A stretch of 64,000 nucleotides of DNA from an uncultured delta proteobacterium (GTDB lineage: Bacteria; Desulfobacterota; Binatia; UBA9968), in assembly GCA_963847445.1 (NCBI GenBank), contig CAWJZV010000015.1, forward strand, positions 1 through 64,000. Direction: 5' to 3'. Positions 1 to 10,199 of this stretch are shown here, piece after piece (position 1 is the stretch's first letter; every line of letters begins with the position of its first letter). The notes under the pieces were generated by a model. It saw only the letters and a program-made list of their open reading frames with translations, was not told the DNA's origin and ran no database searches. Position numbers and translations under genes: made by a program.

Positions 1-1145
1 CGGCGTAGCGCGCCGCCACCGCCTTCACGCGCGAATCGTCGGCGACCGCGAGCCGCCCGCGGTCATGCAACACGTTGCTGCCGACCTTGAACGTCGCGCC
101 GCGCGCTTCCGCCGCCGTGTGCAGATTAAACGGAAACGAAGCACTCTTGCCCGCCTGCCCGAGGTGCATGTGCACCGCACCGGTGTGGAACGAGGCGACG
201 AATTCGCGATATTCCTCATCCGGACATTGCGCGGCCGACACAATCGCGTGCGGATGCACGCCGCCGTGCGGTCCGCGGATTTCGAACGCGTTCTTCTCCC
301 CGACGCGCCGAGCGAGAGCTTCGAGGAATCCACAAATGGCTGTCGCTTCCGCGGCTCCCTCGATCTTCGTCATCTGATTGTCTTCAACCGAGATGCGCAC
401 CGGCGCAGAGAAACGGACCGGCACCCCGATTTCTTTCGCCCAGACCGGCATCATCTGATCGAACACATAGATGCCGCTCGTCCCGACAGGATTAACCGCC
501 GGATAGATGCCGTCCGGGAACGGGCGATAGTAGCCGTCGCGACGCCAGTAGGCGTAGCCTTCGCCGCCACGCCCCGGCGCCCCGACCTTGCCTTCCAGAT
601 GCGTGCCGTTCGGGTGGGTTAGGCTCCACGTTTCGTCGGGCTTGATCAGCTCCGCCATGCGGTAGCGGATCTCGGCGATGAGATCGTGCGGCGTGCGCGC
701 CCATTCGCTCATGAGCAGACCCGTCGTGGTCGCCATATTGCGGACCATCGGCAGCTTCAGTTCCTTGAGGAGCTCGGGAAATTCCTTGAGGTGTTCTTCG
801 GACGATAGATCGCTGATGTGATTGATCAGCAGATCGGCGCCCTTCATCGCCGCCTTGACGATCGGCGGGAATCTTCCAGGCCGTCTCCGGTGTCGGAATA
901 TCGGGCCAGATCAGATTCGGCCGGCTCGGCATGTCGACCCATACCACGGTAGGATGCGCGCCGCGCGCCTGCACTCCCGATTGAATCCATGCGATCGTCT
1001 GTTCGTCAACGAGATTGCGGCCGCCGTGCAGGCCATCGACGGCCGCGAGAATCAATACGTTCTGGCCCGGCTTCACGACCGCGCAACAATCGAGCATGTC
1101 GTTGATCGCGACTGCGGCGTCCGCCGGCATGTAAGCGCTGGCCAT
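1..1145 (-). CDS. Peptidase M29 / NicX-like metalloprotein (one frameshift near 870, runs off the window)
   Basis: ORF 492..1145 N-terminus (VKPGQNVLIL) continues in another frame as VKAAMKGADLLIN...LTHPNGTHLEG...HGGVHPHA...VHMHLG...LHTAAE, an aminopeptidase T/NicX-type pattern. Confidence 0.6.
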
Positions 1146-1170
1146 GGCATTCCTCCCGAGACTGTCGGCG

Positions 1171-1929
1171 CTATTTGGCGCGCAGTCTTCCTGTCGTTGC
1201 GCCGCCGTCGAGAACGAGCGTCGCGCCCGTCATGTATCGTCCCGCGTTCGACGCGAGAAAGGCGACCATTTCGGCCACGTCACTTGACTTGCCGTGGTAC
1301 CCCATCGGAATGTTCGGAGCCTCCGCGTCAGGATCAGACCCGGCTCGATGACGGATCGATCCGGGTGCGATGCAATTGACGGTGATCCCGTAGCGACCGA
1401 CTTCGAGCGCCAGGGCGCGCGTCAGCATGGCCACTGCCGCTTTCGAAGCCGCATAGGCAGCGCCGGTCGCGTAAGGCGATACGCCACTGACCGAGCCGAT
1501 GTTGACGATCGTGCCATAGCTCTGCTGCCGCATCGCCGGAATGGCCGCGCGGCAGCAGAGCATCGTGCCGTCGACGTTCACCCGGAAGGTCTCGCGCCAC
1601 GTGTCGAGCTTGTGCGTCTCGATCGTCTCCAGCGGATGATAGGCCGCGTTGTTGCACAGAAGATCGAGCGCGCCGAAGGCCTGCAACGCGGCGTCGACGG
1701 CCGACGCAGCGCCCTGCTCGGAACCGATGTCGGCTTCGACGATCCTGACGCGAGAGCCGAATTCCGCCAGCGCAGCCCGCGCGCGTGCGCAGGCTTGCGC
1801 ATCGCGATCGACGGCGACGACTGAGCCGCCGAGCGTGAGAAAATGGCGGACGATCCCAAGACCGATCCCCGAAGCGCCGCCGGTGACGACGCTCGAGCGC
1901 GGATGATCAGGAAGCTCGGCCCGACGCAT
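1171..1929 (-). CDS. Short-chain dehydrogenase/reductase
   Basis: VTGGASGIG, NNA, YAASK motifs. Confidence 0.93.
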   Translation of the reverse strand: MRRAELPDHPRSSVVTGGASGIGLGIVRHFLTLGGSVVAVDRDAQACARARAALAEFGSRVRIVEADIGSEQGAASAVDAALQAFGALDLLCNNAAYHPLETIETHKLDTWRETFRVNVDGTMLCCRAAIPAMRQQSYGTIVNIGSVSGVSPYATGAAYAASKAAVAMLTRALALEVGRYGITVNCIAPGSIRHRAGSDPDAEAPNIPMGYHGKSSDVAEMVAFLASNAGRYMTGATLVLDGGATTGRLRAK

Positions 1930-1935
1930 GGGCGG

Positions 1936-2715
1936 TTACCTCAGGCTCGGCTGCGGCCACTTGAATCGGCCATCGAGCGTCGGTGCGGTGAGGCCAGACG
2001 CCTCGTAGGCCCACACGCCGATCTGGTCAGACCAGATACGATTGACCTCCTGGCGATCGCGGATCGCCTGCAGGCAGGCGTCCTGCTTCTCCTTCGTGTC
2101 GGCGTACTTGGCGAGAATATCGAGCGGCGCGTCGCCGTGACCGCCGTCGGACGAATCCGCCTCGTCGGCCGCATCCCAGTGCGCTAGAGCCTTGTCGTCA
2201 AGCTTCAGCTTGTCCCAGTTCTCGCGAGACGTGCGGGCGCGAGCACCGACCCGCTTGATCATCGCCTTGCCGCGGGCGACCTCGTTGCCGGCGATGCTCG
2301 CGAAGGCTTCGAGCCAGGGGCGATAGCGGCTGACATATTCGCAATAGGTGATGCGCATCTTGGTGATCGGCGCGCCCTGATAGTTGTAGATGTAGTCGCG
2401 ATCGAGGCCGAGCGCGACCGCGAAGTCGACAAGGCTTTCGTAATGGCCGGTGGTGATCGTCGGATCGCGCACTTCCTCCACGAAGGCATTTTCGATCAGA
2501 TACCGCCGCACTTCGAGGATCGGGCAGTTGCCGGTGATATTGGTGAGCCAGCGCGGAAAGTTCGCGGCGAACACGCAATGTTCGAGCGCGTATACGCGCG
2601 CGCCTTCACGCGACATGTGATTGGCGTTGTAGGTCTCGAGCAGGGTCGGGACGGTCCACCGCCCTTCCTCCAATACCTCGAGAATGGCTTCCTTGAACTG
2701 CTCTGCACTACGCAT
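1936..2715 (-). CDS. Heme-oxygenase-like iron redox enzyme (PqqC/CADD/TenA superfamily)
   Basis: FPRWL..I..NCP...R..LIENAFVEE...HYESLVDFAVALG pattern, W.EA.A...E, late D...HG. Confidence 0.75.
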   Translation of the reverse strand: MRSAEQFKEAILEVLEEGRWTVPTLLETYNANHMSREGARVYALEHCVFAANFPRWLTNITGNCPILEVRRYLIENAFVEEVRDPTITTGHYESLVDFAVALGLDRDYIYNYQGAPITKMRITYCEYVSRYRPWLEAFASIAGNEVARGKAMIKRVGARARTSRENWDKLKLDDKALAHWDAADEADSSDGGHGDAPLDILAKYADTKEKQDACLQAIRDRQEVNRIWSDQIGVWAYEASGLTAPTLDGRFKWPQPSLR

Positions 2716-3399
2716 ATAGCTTCCTCCTGGTAGGTATGCGCGGATTTCAAGAGGCGAAATTGCTCCTTTAACGTTCGCGAAACCAGATCGTCAAGACGGG
2801 CGCCTTTTGAGCCGATGATCGGCGCCGCGCCGAACAAGTGGCACATGTTCGTGTCGTGATCGAAGAAATCATCGCGGCGCGACGCGCGTATGTTGAACTA
2901 GGGGTAAGAATCTTAAATCACCTTTTCTATGGTCGGAGCCATATCGCACGACCGCGAGAGTTTGCGCTGTTTACTCTCGCCATTGCGCTTCCTGCTTAAA
3001 GCGCTCCACTTTTATACGAAACTGTATACACTTGCGAATAGAAAAATAGCCCATCGGCAGATCCGCACTGCCACTCCGACCGATGCCAACTAGTCGAGTG
3101 ACTGACCTCTTGAGCATAGACAGCCGGCCCGAGGGGCTGCGGATTTTGCACAAGCGACAAAAACCGATATGCTCAGGCTGGTCAAAGACCACTTCGACCG
3201 CAAGGACTTGTCGCCCCATCGAGCGGCTGCTCGTGCCGTTCGCTCGCGAAACGATTTGGTACGAGCCCGCGCCGCTACAGCGCCGCGCCCCGTATGCATC
3301 GCGACCGCCTCCCGGCCCCGCAGCTCCTCGAGGCCATCGGCGTGGCGTCGCCGGCCAATGGGCTGTGCCGGATGGGCGCGAGGTGATGGACCATAATAG

Positions 3400-4230
3400 A
3401 TGACCGGAACTTTCGTCGTAGTTGCTCTGCTGGTGCTTCTGGCGGGACTCGCCGCCGCACTCTATCGCCAATGGCGGCAGAACCGGACGCTGAAGGCCCA
3501 GCTCGAAGCGATCGCCAGCGACCTCCAACATCTCCAGCAATCCTGCTCGCGCTTTGTTCCAGCCGGTGTGCTGCAGCACCTCATCGCCGACGGCGTGCAG
3601 TCGGCTCTTGAGGCGGCGGCCCCAGAGCGCAAAGTGGTGACCGTTCTGTTCGCCGATCTCGTCGGTTCCACCGCGATGAGCGACCGGCTCGAGCCGGCCG
3701 TCCTGGCGCGTGTGCTCAACGGCTACTTTCAGCGCATGAGCGATGCCATCCACGAGCATCGCGGCCATGTCGCCCACTTCCTGGGCGACGGCATCGTCGC
3801 CTATTTCGGCGCGCTGCAACCGAATCCATGGCAGTGCAACGATGCCGTGCGCGCGGCCCTGGCGATGCGCGCGGCCCTCCGCGAATACAATGTCGAGCTC
3901 GGGCGGGAGGGGCTGCCGTTGCTTGCTCTGGGGATCGGCATCGACCGCGGTTTGGGGCTTGTCGGCCTGGTGGGCTCGCGCGAGCGCATGGAGTATGACT
4001 TCGTCGGACGCACCGTGAACGTGGCCGCGCGCGTGCAGACGCTCACGCGCATCCATCAGGCGGACATCCTCGTGACCGAGGCGCTGAGCGCCGAGCTCGA
4101 CGCGCGCTTCGTGCTCATGCCCATGCCCGCCGAATTCGTAAAAGGCATCGCCGAGCCCGTGGTTACTTACGCCGTGCGTGAAGGGCCATCGGCCGCCGCT
4201 CCATCGGCTGAGGAGGCAGGAGACAGATGA
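3400..4230 (+). CDS. Class III nucleotide cyclase with N-terminal TM helix
   Basis: VLFADLVGST, FLGDGI, VNVAARVQ, VKG motifs. Confidence 0.92.
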   Translation: MTGTFVVVALLVLLAGLAAALYRQWRQNRTLKAQLEAIASDLQHLQQSCSRFVPAGVLQHLIADGVQSALEAAAPERKVVTVLFADLVGSTAMSDRLEPAVLARVLNGYFQRMSDAIHEHRGHVAHFLGDGIVAYFGALQPNPWQCNDAVRAALAMRAALREYNVELGREGLPLLALGIGIDRGLGLVGLVGSRERMEYDFVGRTVNVAARVQTLTRIHQADILVTEALSAELDARFVLMPMPAEFVKGIAEPVVTYAVREGPSAAAPSAEEAGDR

Positions 4231-4245
4231 CCGGAACCGCGGCCT

Positions 4246-4270
4246 TGTCAGACTTGCCTTAGTCTACTAA
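4246..4270 (+). repeat. REP-like motif copy (TGTCAGACTTGCCTTAGTCTACTAA)
   Basis: 23/25 identical to 38100-38124; related to 9687-9708. Confidence 0.7.
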
Positions 4271-4357
4271 GTCTTTTGCAGCGCACCGCTTACGTTGAAG
4301 GGATGGCATTTGAGAAAATGGGTGATCTGAGAAGCCAGATAACCGGGATCCAATACT

Positions 4358-4429
4358 GTCGGCAAGCTCAAAGCGGAGAGTTTTTTTGATTCCACGTTCA
4401 TCGACGAGCTGCGCAAGGAAGGGTACTGA
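4358..4429 (+). pseudogene. C-terminal scrap of an NMT1-type substrate-binding protein
   Basis: Translates VGKLKAESFFDSTFIDELRKEGY*, resembling the C-terminus of 35596..36645. Confidence 0.5.
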
Positions 4430-4784
4430 CCGGCCATTTATGGAATTGAATTGAGATGTCCATACGACCGGCGCGGGGAGAAGGACCGAAGTCTTAGATT
4501 GTAATGAGTGTTATGTCTGATCATCCCGCTGGAATTTTCAAGCGGTGATGACTTCATCGTCCCAACTCGACGCTAAGGTGCATTCCAGAAGATTGTAGTG
4601 AGTACTATGTATGACCCGAATCCTCTTTCGGCATCGACCGTGGCAAAAGATTATTGCCGCCAAATCATTGACTCACAGGCAGTGCGATTGATATGGTCGC
4701 GTCGAAGTAAATCTAGAATGCCCGCGTCAGCGCGACTTCTGCTCCTTTGAAATGATTCGTAGCTCCACCCGGCGTGGACAGCCG

Positions 4785-5718
4785 ATGAAGCGGCGCCTCG
4801 GCGTAATCTTCGCAGCCGTCCTTCAGATCGCGATACAAATTATCGGCGCTGCCGATGTTATGGGCGCGGATGATGCTCTCCAGCCGCTGATTACCACCGC
4901 TGAGCTCATCGTTGGGCAAAATCGTTTCGCCTTTGGAATTGCAAAACAGGGCAAGCTCATCGAACGCGCGGAGGTCCTGGTTCGGGTATTCGACCTGCAA
5001 GGAACCGAAGCGCATCTCACAGCCGAAACCAACGCGCCATTTCGGCCAGTGGCGAACCCCGTTGCGGAAAAAAAAGTTCATCGTCACGCCGATGGCAGCC
5101 TTCATGTGCACGACACGGCGACCGAAGTGCAGGGCGTTTACGTGGCCCATCTCAATTTTTCGCGGTCCGGCAAATGGGGCGTTGAGCTCGTGGCACGGCA
5201 GCCGGACGGATCGTCCGAGACGGCGCGGCTGACGGTCATCATCGCGAAACACCCCGACCACGCCGGGGGTCGGCAACCCCGCGCCTCGAAGCCGCAATCT
5301 CATTGCCAGCGACGTCAAAGATCTGCGCCAGATCTCTACCAGCGAGCGTCCCGACCCTCGCCTGCATCAAACGCGAATCGCCGACGCCATTGCGATGGGC
5401 AAGCCGCAGCTCATCGTGTTCGCGACGCCGCAGTTTTGCACCAGCCGCATGTGCGGGCCGGTGGTGGATATCGTGCGCACCTTGCTGGCGACTTACGGTA
5501 AACGGGTGGTTTTCACACATCAGGAGATTTGGCAGGATTTCGCCACCAAGAAAGTTTTTTCGACCATCGAAGAGTGGCGCCTCCAATCTGAGCCGTGGAT
5601 TTTTATCGTCGATGGCCAAGGGTTGATCCGCGCGAGGTTCGAAGGGTTGGTTACCGCGCGAGAGCTCGAAACGGCGGTGCAAAATGTATTGCTGCCGGAG
5701 ACGGAACCGCACCGATAA
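4785..5718 (+). CDS. Exported thioredoxin-like protein (frameshift near 5255)
   Basis: Signal peptide; C-terminal FATPQFCTSRMCGP...EPWIFIVD.QG.I.ARFEG thioredoxin-fold pattern. Confidence 0.7.
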
Positions 5719-5873
5719 GGAATTGATCGATGTCTGTGTCGCTCATTCATTTGGCCAGCACAGCGCCAAGAGGGCCGCCCTGAGGCGAAGCGTAAGTCTT
5801 GTTTGGCTTGTGGTTATGCGAATCACAGGACGGGTACTCAATTCCGCGAAATTTGGGGGGAAAGGAAAGATAC

Positions 5874-6369
5874 ATGAAACGCTTGAGCACCATATCGATG
5901 ATCACTGCGGTATGCACTTTTAGTTTCGCCATCGCCGCGTCCGCGGTACATGCGGCAGACGATAATAAGCTAAGTATTCCAGTCGCTTTTGGCCGAGGAT
6001 TAAATATTGCGTTCGAACCAAGCAGGCAATCAGGTAATGATTCCTGATACTGTCAAACTGAAACAAAACGGCGTCGTGCATTTTCTAGTGGCTGGATTTC
6101 ACGAAATCGTGATCTATAATCCCGGTAAAACACCTGATGATGTCGCAGTTGTCCAAGGCGAAACGTTTATCAACGACTCGAACAACCGCTTCTATCAAGG
6201 AATCATTCCCGCCGGGGGACCCCTCGGCACTCCAGGTACGACCAATCCTTCCAACGCACAAAATCGCGTCGAATCGGTAGCGTTCCTAGAACGTGGGACC
6301 TACCTGGTGATTTGCGACATTCGTACTCATTTCGAAAATGGCATGTTCGGTTACATTGAAGTAAAGTAG
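5874..6369 (+). CDS. Secreted cupredoxin / blue-copper protein (frameshift near 6015)
   Basis: Signal peptide, AGFHEI, and C-terminal GTYLVICDIRTHFENGM (C-x4-H-x4-M). Confidence 0.75.
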
Positions 6370-6571
6370 CGAAAACGCCGAAATCAGCAGAGACGCAGCC
6401 GACGCCGGAGCGCCCGTTCTTTCGGGCTATCCGGCGCGGCTGTGACGCGCTGTCATTTTCAGTCGCGGATGTCCTGTATGAACCATTCGGTCGAATCTCC
6501 CGTCTCAGGCCGGAGCGCTTGGCGAACTCGTAGACTTTGCCCGCCGCTCGCTGTATGTCAGGGGCCGCATT

Positions 6572-6612
6572 TCTTGCATTGCGACAGATGTGTGCGTGCA
6601 AGACCTGGCCCC
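6572..6612 (-). repeat. REP-like imperfect palindrome GGGGCCAGGTCTTGCA...TGTCGCAATGCAAGA
   Basis: Shares TCTTGCA(T/G)TGCGACA and CAGGTCTTGCA with 43164-43186. Confidence 0.65.
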
Positions 6613-6619
6613 AAGATGC

Positions 6620-6803
6620 GGCTCCGAGCGGATGGAGTTTGCCTTTGTCGGACGCACCGTGAACGTGGCCGCGCGCGTGCAGACGCTCACGCGCATCCAT
6701 CAGGCGGACATCCTCGTGACCGAGGCGCAAAGCGCCGAGTTCGACGCGCGCTTCGTGCTCATGCCCATGCCCGCCGAATTCGTAAAAGGGATCGCCGAGC
6801 CCG
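6620..6803 (+). repeat. Partial duplicate of the cyclase 3' region (~3973-4160)
   Basis: Near-identical DNA (GRTVNVAARVQTLTRIHQADILVTEA...VKGIAEP); no start codon context. Confidence 0.92.
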
Positions 6804-6851
6804 AGGGAAATCAGTGTCTACCATCGGAATTTGCAGGTAGCGGGACAGCGC

Positions 6852-7036
6852 AGAATTTCTTGTAAAGAAAGTTCTGACGAGGGTGTGGCTCTTGGGGTCA
6901 GTGGCCTGTTTATTCAGGCTCACACAGCCTGAAATGCCGCCCTCGTCACCTGCATCATCCGAGGGGTCGACCGGGATGGTGCCATATTCTCACCCGAATA
7001 CGTGGCTCTGTAAGTAGACGAGACCGAAGGATGATG
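6852..7036 (+). ncRNA. Putative IS110 bridge RNA
   Basis: 5' hairpin (6852-6875), stem 6875-6889/6936-6948 with internal loop, stem 6953-6960/7029-7036 with internal loop; loop sequences match the flank and the element end. Confidence 0.75.
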
Positions 7037-7732
7037 AAAACGATCTTGTTTCTACCGAAGGAGGAGCTACGTGTCAGAAGAAAAAGCAATCGAGTTACGA
7101 GTCAGTGTGGACGTGGGGAGTCGTCGTCACAGTGTGGCGATGGGATTATCGAGCGGCGAAGTGCTCGAAGAATTTGAGATCGAGCACCGGCCCGAAGGAT
7201 TTGCGGAGTTTTTCTCCCGCATCGAGAAGCATCAGAAGACCAAGAGCTGCGCGGTGGCAGTGGCCATGGAAGGTTACAACGGCTATGCCCGGCCGTTGGA
7301 CAGCATGGTTCGCCAGCACGGCTATCGGCTCTACAATTTGAACAACCTAAAATTTGCCCGGTTCAAGGAGATCTTCCCGGGAGGAGCCAAGAGCGACCGG
7401 ATCGACGCGCGCAAAGGCTTGGAGCTGTTTCAGCTCAGCGATCATCTACCGCTGGCCAAAGAAGTACTGCAGGAAGTAAAGGGTACGCCCCAGGAGAACG
7501 AAATACTCAAGCGACTGACGCCGGCGTCGGCGCCGGTTAGTCAACGAGCGGGTGCGGGTGGTGAACAGTTTACAGGCCGATCTCCAAGCGGTGTGTCCGG
7601 GATTGTTAGAGATCACGGGGGAAGCGAGCAATCAGTGGTTTTTAAACTTCCTGTTAAGTGCGCAGACCCTAGCGCAGCTTTCCCGACTCCGGCACATCAC
7701 GTTGATGAAGATACCGCAGGTGGGGGTGAAGT

Positions 7733-8553
7733 GTGAGGGGAGCCTGATCGGCAGTTTTGGTTGATTGTATTGCCATCTCATATTCCTCTGGGGACCGGTA
7801 GCCCAGAGCCGAATGCAACCGTTTTTTGTTGTACACCTCCTCGATGAAATGGGGAAGCCTTTGAGCTACATCCTCAAAGGTCTCATAGTTCGACAAATGC
7901 ACTTCCTCGTACTTCAACGTCTTGAAGAACGATTCCATGTGAGCGTTGTCGTATGGATTGCCCGTTCTCGACATACTGATCTTCATGTCGGCTTGTTCAA
8001 GCAGCGCCACATACTCACGGCAGGCATACTGCACGCCGCGATCAGAGTGATGAATACACCCAGCCCCAGGGGTGCGGTTGGCCAGGGCCACTTTCAGAGC
8101 TGCCACGCACAGCTCGGCATCGATGCGCTTGGAGATCGCCCAACCGATCACCTTGCGCGAGTAACGGTCCAGTAGGGCTGCCAGATAGACAAACCCCTTT
8201 GAGATCCGGATGTAGGTGATGTCGGCCACCCAGACTTGATTGATTCCGGTTACCGTCAGTTCTGCTAAAAGGTTCGGATAAACCGGGTGGCCATGATTGG
8301 AGTCGGTGGTGGCGATCTTAAAACTCTGCCAGCGGATGGGAAATAGCTGGTATTTTCGCTGGACACGGCGAATCCGTTTGTCGTTGACACAGATCCCCTC
8401 ACGGCGCAGCTGCTTGCCCAGGCGCCGATAGCCGTAACCAGCAAACTCTCCCTGAATCCGTTCGAGATGATCACGCAGTCAGACGTCGCTGCACGACAGC
8501 TCCGATTGGTCGGTGATCGGCTTGTAGTAATAACTGCTGGCTGCCAGCTTCAT
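7733..8553 (-). CDS. IS3 OrfB DDE integrase (in-frame TGA at 8479-8481)
   Basis: [43 protein letters not shown]. Confidence 0.88.
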
Positions 8554-8903
8554 GATTTCGAGCCCTTGGGCAACCGAGCCAAACTCTCCGCGGTGATTAC
8601 GGAGGTACTCACGCTTTTGTGCCGCCGTAGCCAATCCCCGAGTTTTTTTAACTGCGTGTTCTCCAGGTACAGCTCGGCTAGCTTTTCCTTGAGTTCACGA
8701 TTCTCCCGCTCCAGGTTCTTTTCTCGTACCGAGGGCGATCCCTCCAGAGCACCTTGTCGGGCTTGATGGCGCCACCGATCGATCACGCTGCCCGAGATCT
8801 GATACTTGCGGCTGGCGGCGCTGACCGTCAGCAGACCCGATTCCACTTCGCTGACGATCTGCTGCTTGAACCCTGTTTCAAACTTACGTCGCTGTTTTCC
8901 CAT
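8550..8903 (-). CDS. IS3 OrfA HTH protein
   Basis: RRKFETGFKQQIV...W, followed by a coiled coil; ATGA overlap with orfB. Confidence 0.88.
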   Translation of the reverse strand: MGKQRRKFETGFKQQIVSEVESGLLTVSAASRKYQISGSVIDRWRHQARQGALEGSPSVREKNLERENRELKEKLAELYLENTQLKKLGDWLRRHKSVSTSVITAESLARLPKGSKS

Positions 8904-10199
8904 CGACCGACTCCTCCTGGCGGACCATTCTACCCGCCGGTTGAGCCGATCTCACTCCCCTCTAATCCCTACTGTTTCCCTCCAGTCAATGGGGCGCACT
9001 GCGAAGATCGAGGACTGGCAGAAGCGAGCCCACTTCAGTGACGAAGTAGAGTGGGTAGGCGAGATGATCCAAGAGGACGCCCGGCGATGTCTGGAACTCG
9101 ATGAGAAGATTAAGCGGCTACGCAACAAGATTGCAGAGATTGCCAAAGACTCCAAGATCGCCAAGACCTTACGATCGATACCGGGGTTCGGAGCGGTGTG
9201 CACTTCGGAATTGGCTGGCGAGATCGGCACCGTCGAGAGATTTACTTCCGAGGGGAGCCTTGCCTTGTATCTCGGCATGGCAACGTTGGACGACAGTTCG
9301 GGCACGTATCAGGGCACCAAAGCGCCCAAGCAAGTTAACACAAGGGCTAAAGCGGCGATGATGATCGGCCTGGATCGACATCGAAAATACGTTCCAGAGT
9401 CGCAGAGATACTATGAAAAGAAACGAGCAGAGGGAAAGAAACACAACCAGGCGATTCGGGCGCTAGGACGACACCTGTGTCGGATCATTTACCGGATGCT
9501 CAAGGATGAACGTGAGTACGAGGTGCGTCCCGAAAAAGTGAATGCTAAGACCAAGGTCGTTCCGCTAGCGTGCGTTAAAACGCAAATACGGAGGTCGAAA
9601 AGATCAGGCATAGAAACAAAATAACAAAATCTACAAATAGAGCGCGAAAAAACATCATCACCGCTTGAAATTCCCAGCGGGATGTTCAGGCTTGAATAAG
9701 TTAACTTATCTGACGAAGCACAAGATTAATATATTCAAGCCTGACACCTTTGCGCCCACCTTTGCGCCCACAAGCATCACCGCGACGATCAGGATTGATA
9801 AGACAGCAGCTCTCTTCATTGCCCACCTCGTTCGTGAGCAGGCTTATCACGAACATTGCAGTTGCGAAAAGTGTTATTAACGGGAGAAGCGGAACCAGAT
9901 TCGCCGAGGAGGAAAGGCGAAATTCGAGGTTGCATTGAACTGAACGACGCTTCAGTTCAATACAACGCGATTTGCCGGCAGTCGACATAGCGCGGAGCAG
10001 TTAGTCAGCGGTGCGCTAGGTCGCGAACAGGCCGTTCGTCGGTTCTGAGCAGAATCAGCTCTGGCTGAGCTGGAGCCCCCACTCATCAGACGACCGATGA
10101 TGCACTGCTGAAGCGCTCTTCGCAGGACTACTTCTCTCGTTCAAGTTGCGACCATTTTAACGGATAACGCCCATAGAATTTTAGTTAAATAGAGAGTGC

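Larger units (their letters stand above)
7733..9002 (-). mobile_element. IS3-family insertion sequence (ends approximate)
   Basis: orfA plus DDE orfB, about 1.27 kb, inserted within the IS110 transposase. Confidence 0.88.
7071..9624 (+). pseudogene. IS110 (DEDD RuvC-like) transposase, frameshifted and split by IS3
   Basis: VSVDVG, AMEGYNGY, KSDRIDA in the N-half; LRSIPGFG...EIG...F.SEGSLALYLG...SSG...K.HNQAIRALGR in the C-half. Confidence 0.9.
6846..9688 (+). mobile_element. IS110-family insertion sequence interrupted by an IS3 element
   Basis: IS110 transposase halves, ~220-bp structured left non-coding end, CA dinucleotide at both putative ends. Confidence 0.85.

Noticed and set aside
3083-3403. 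ORF upstream of the cyclase
   Set aside because: No recognisable family; possibly a degraded fragment, so not called.
3973-6803. Cyclase repeat pair as a DGR template/variable repeat
   Set aside because: Mismatches are not adenine-specific (C>G, C>T, T>A occur) and no reverse transcriptase is present in the window.
8479-8481. In-frame TGA in IS3 orfB as selenocysteine
   Set aside because: No redox motif or Cys-equivalent position; more likely a mutation or error.
9749-9772. Short tandem repeats (here TTTGCGCCCAC x2; also 21782, ~47200, ~57640) as CRISPR
   Set aside because: Too short, no spacers and no cas genes.
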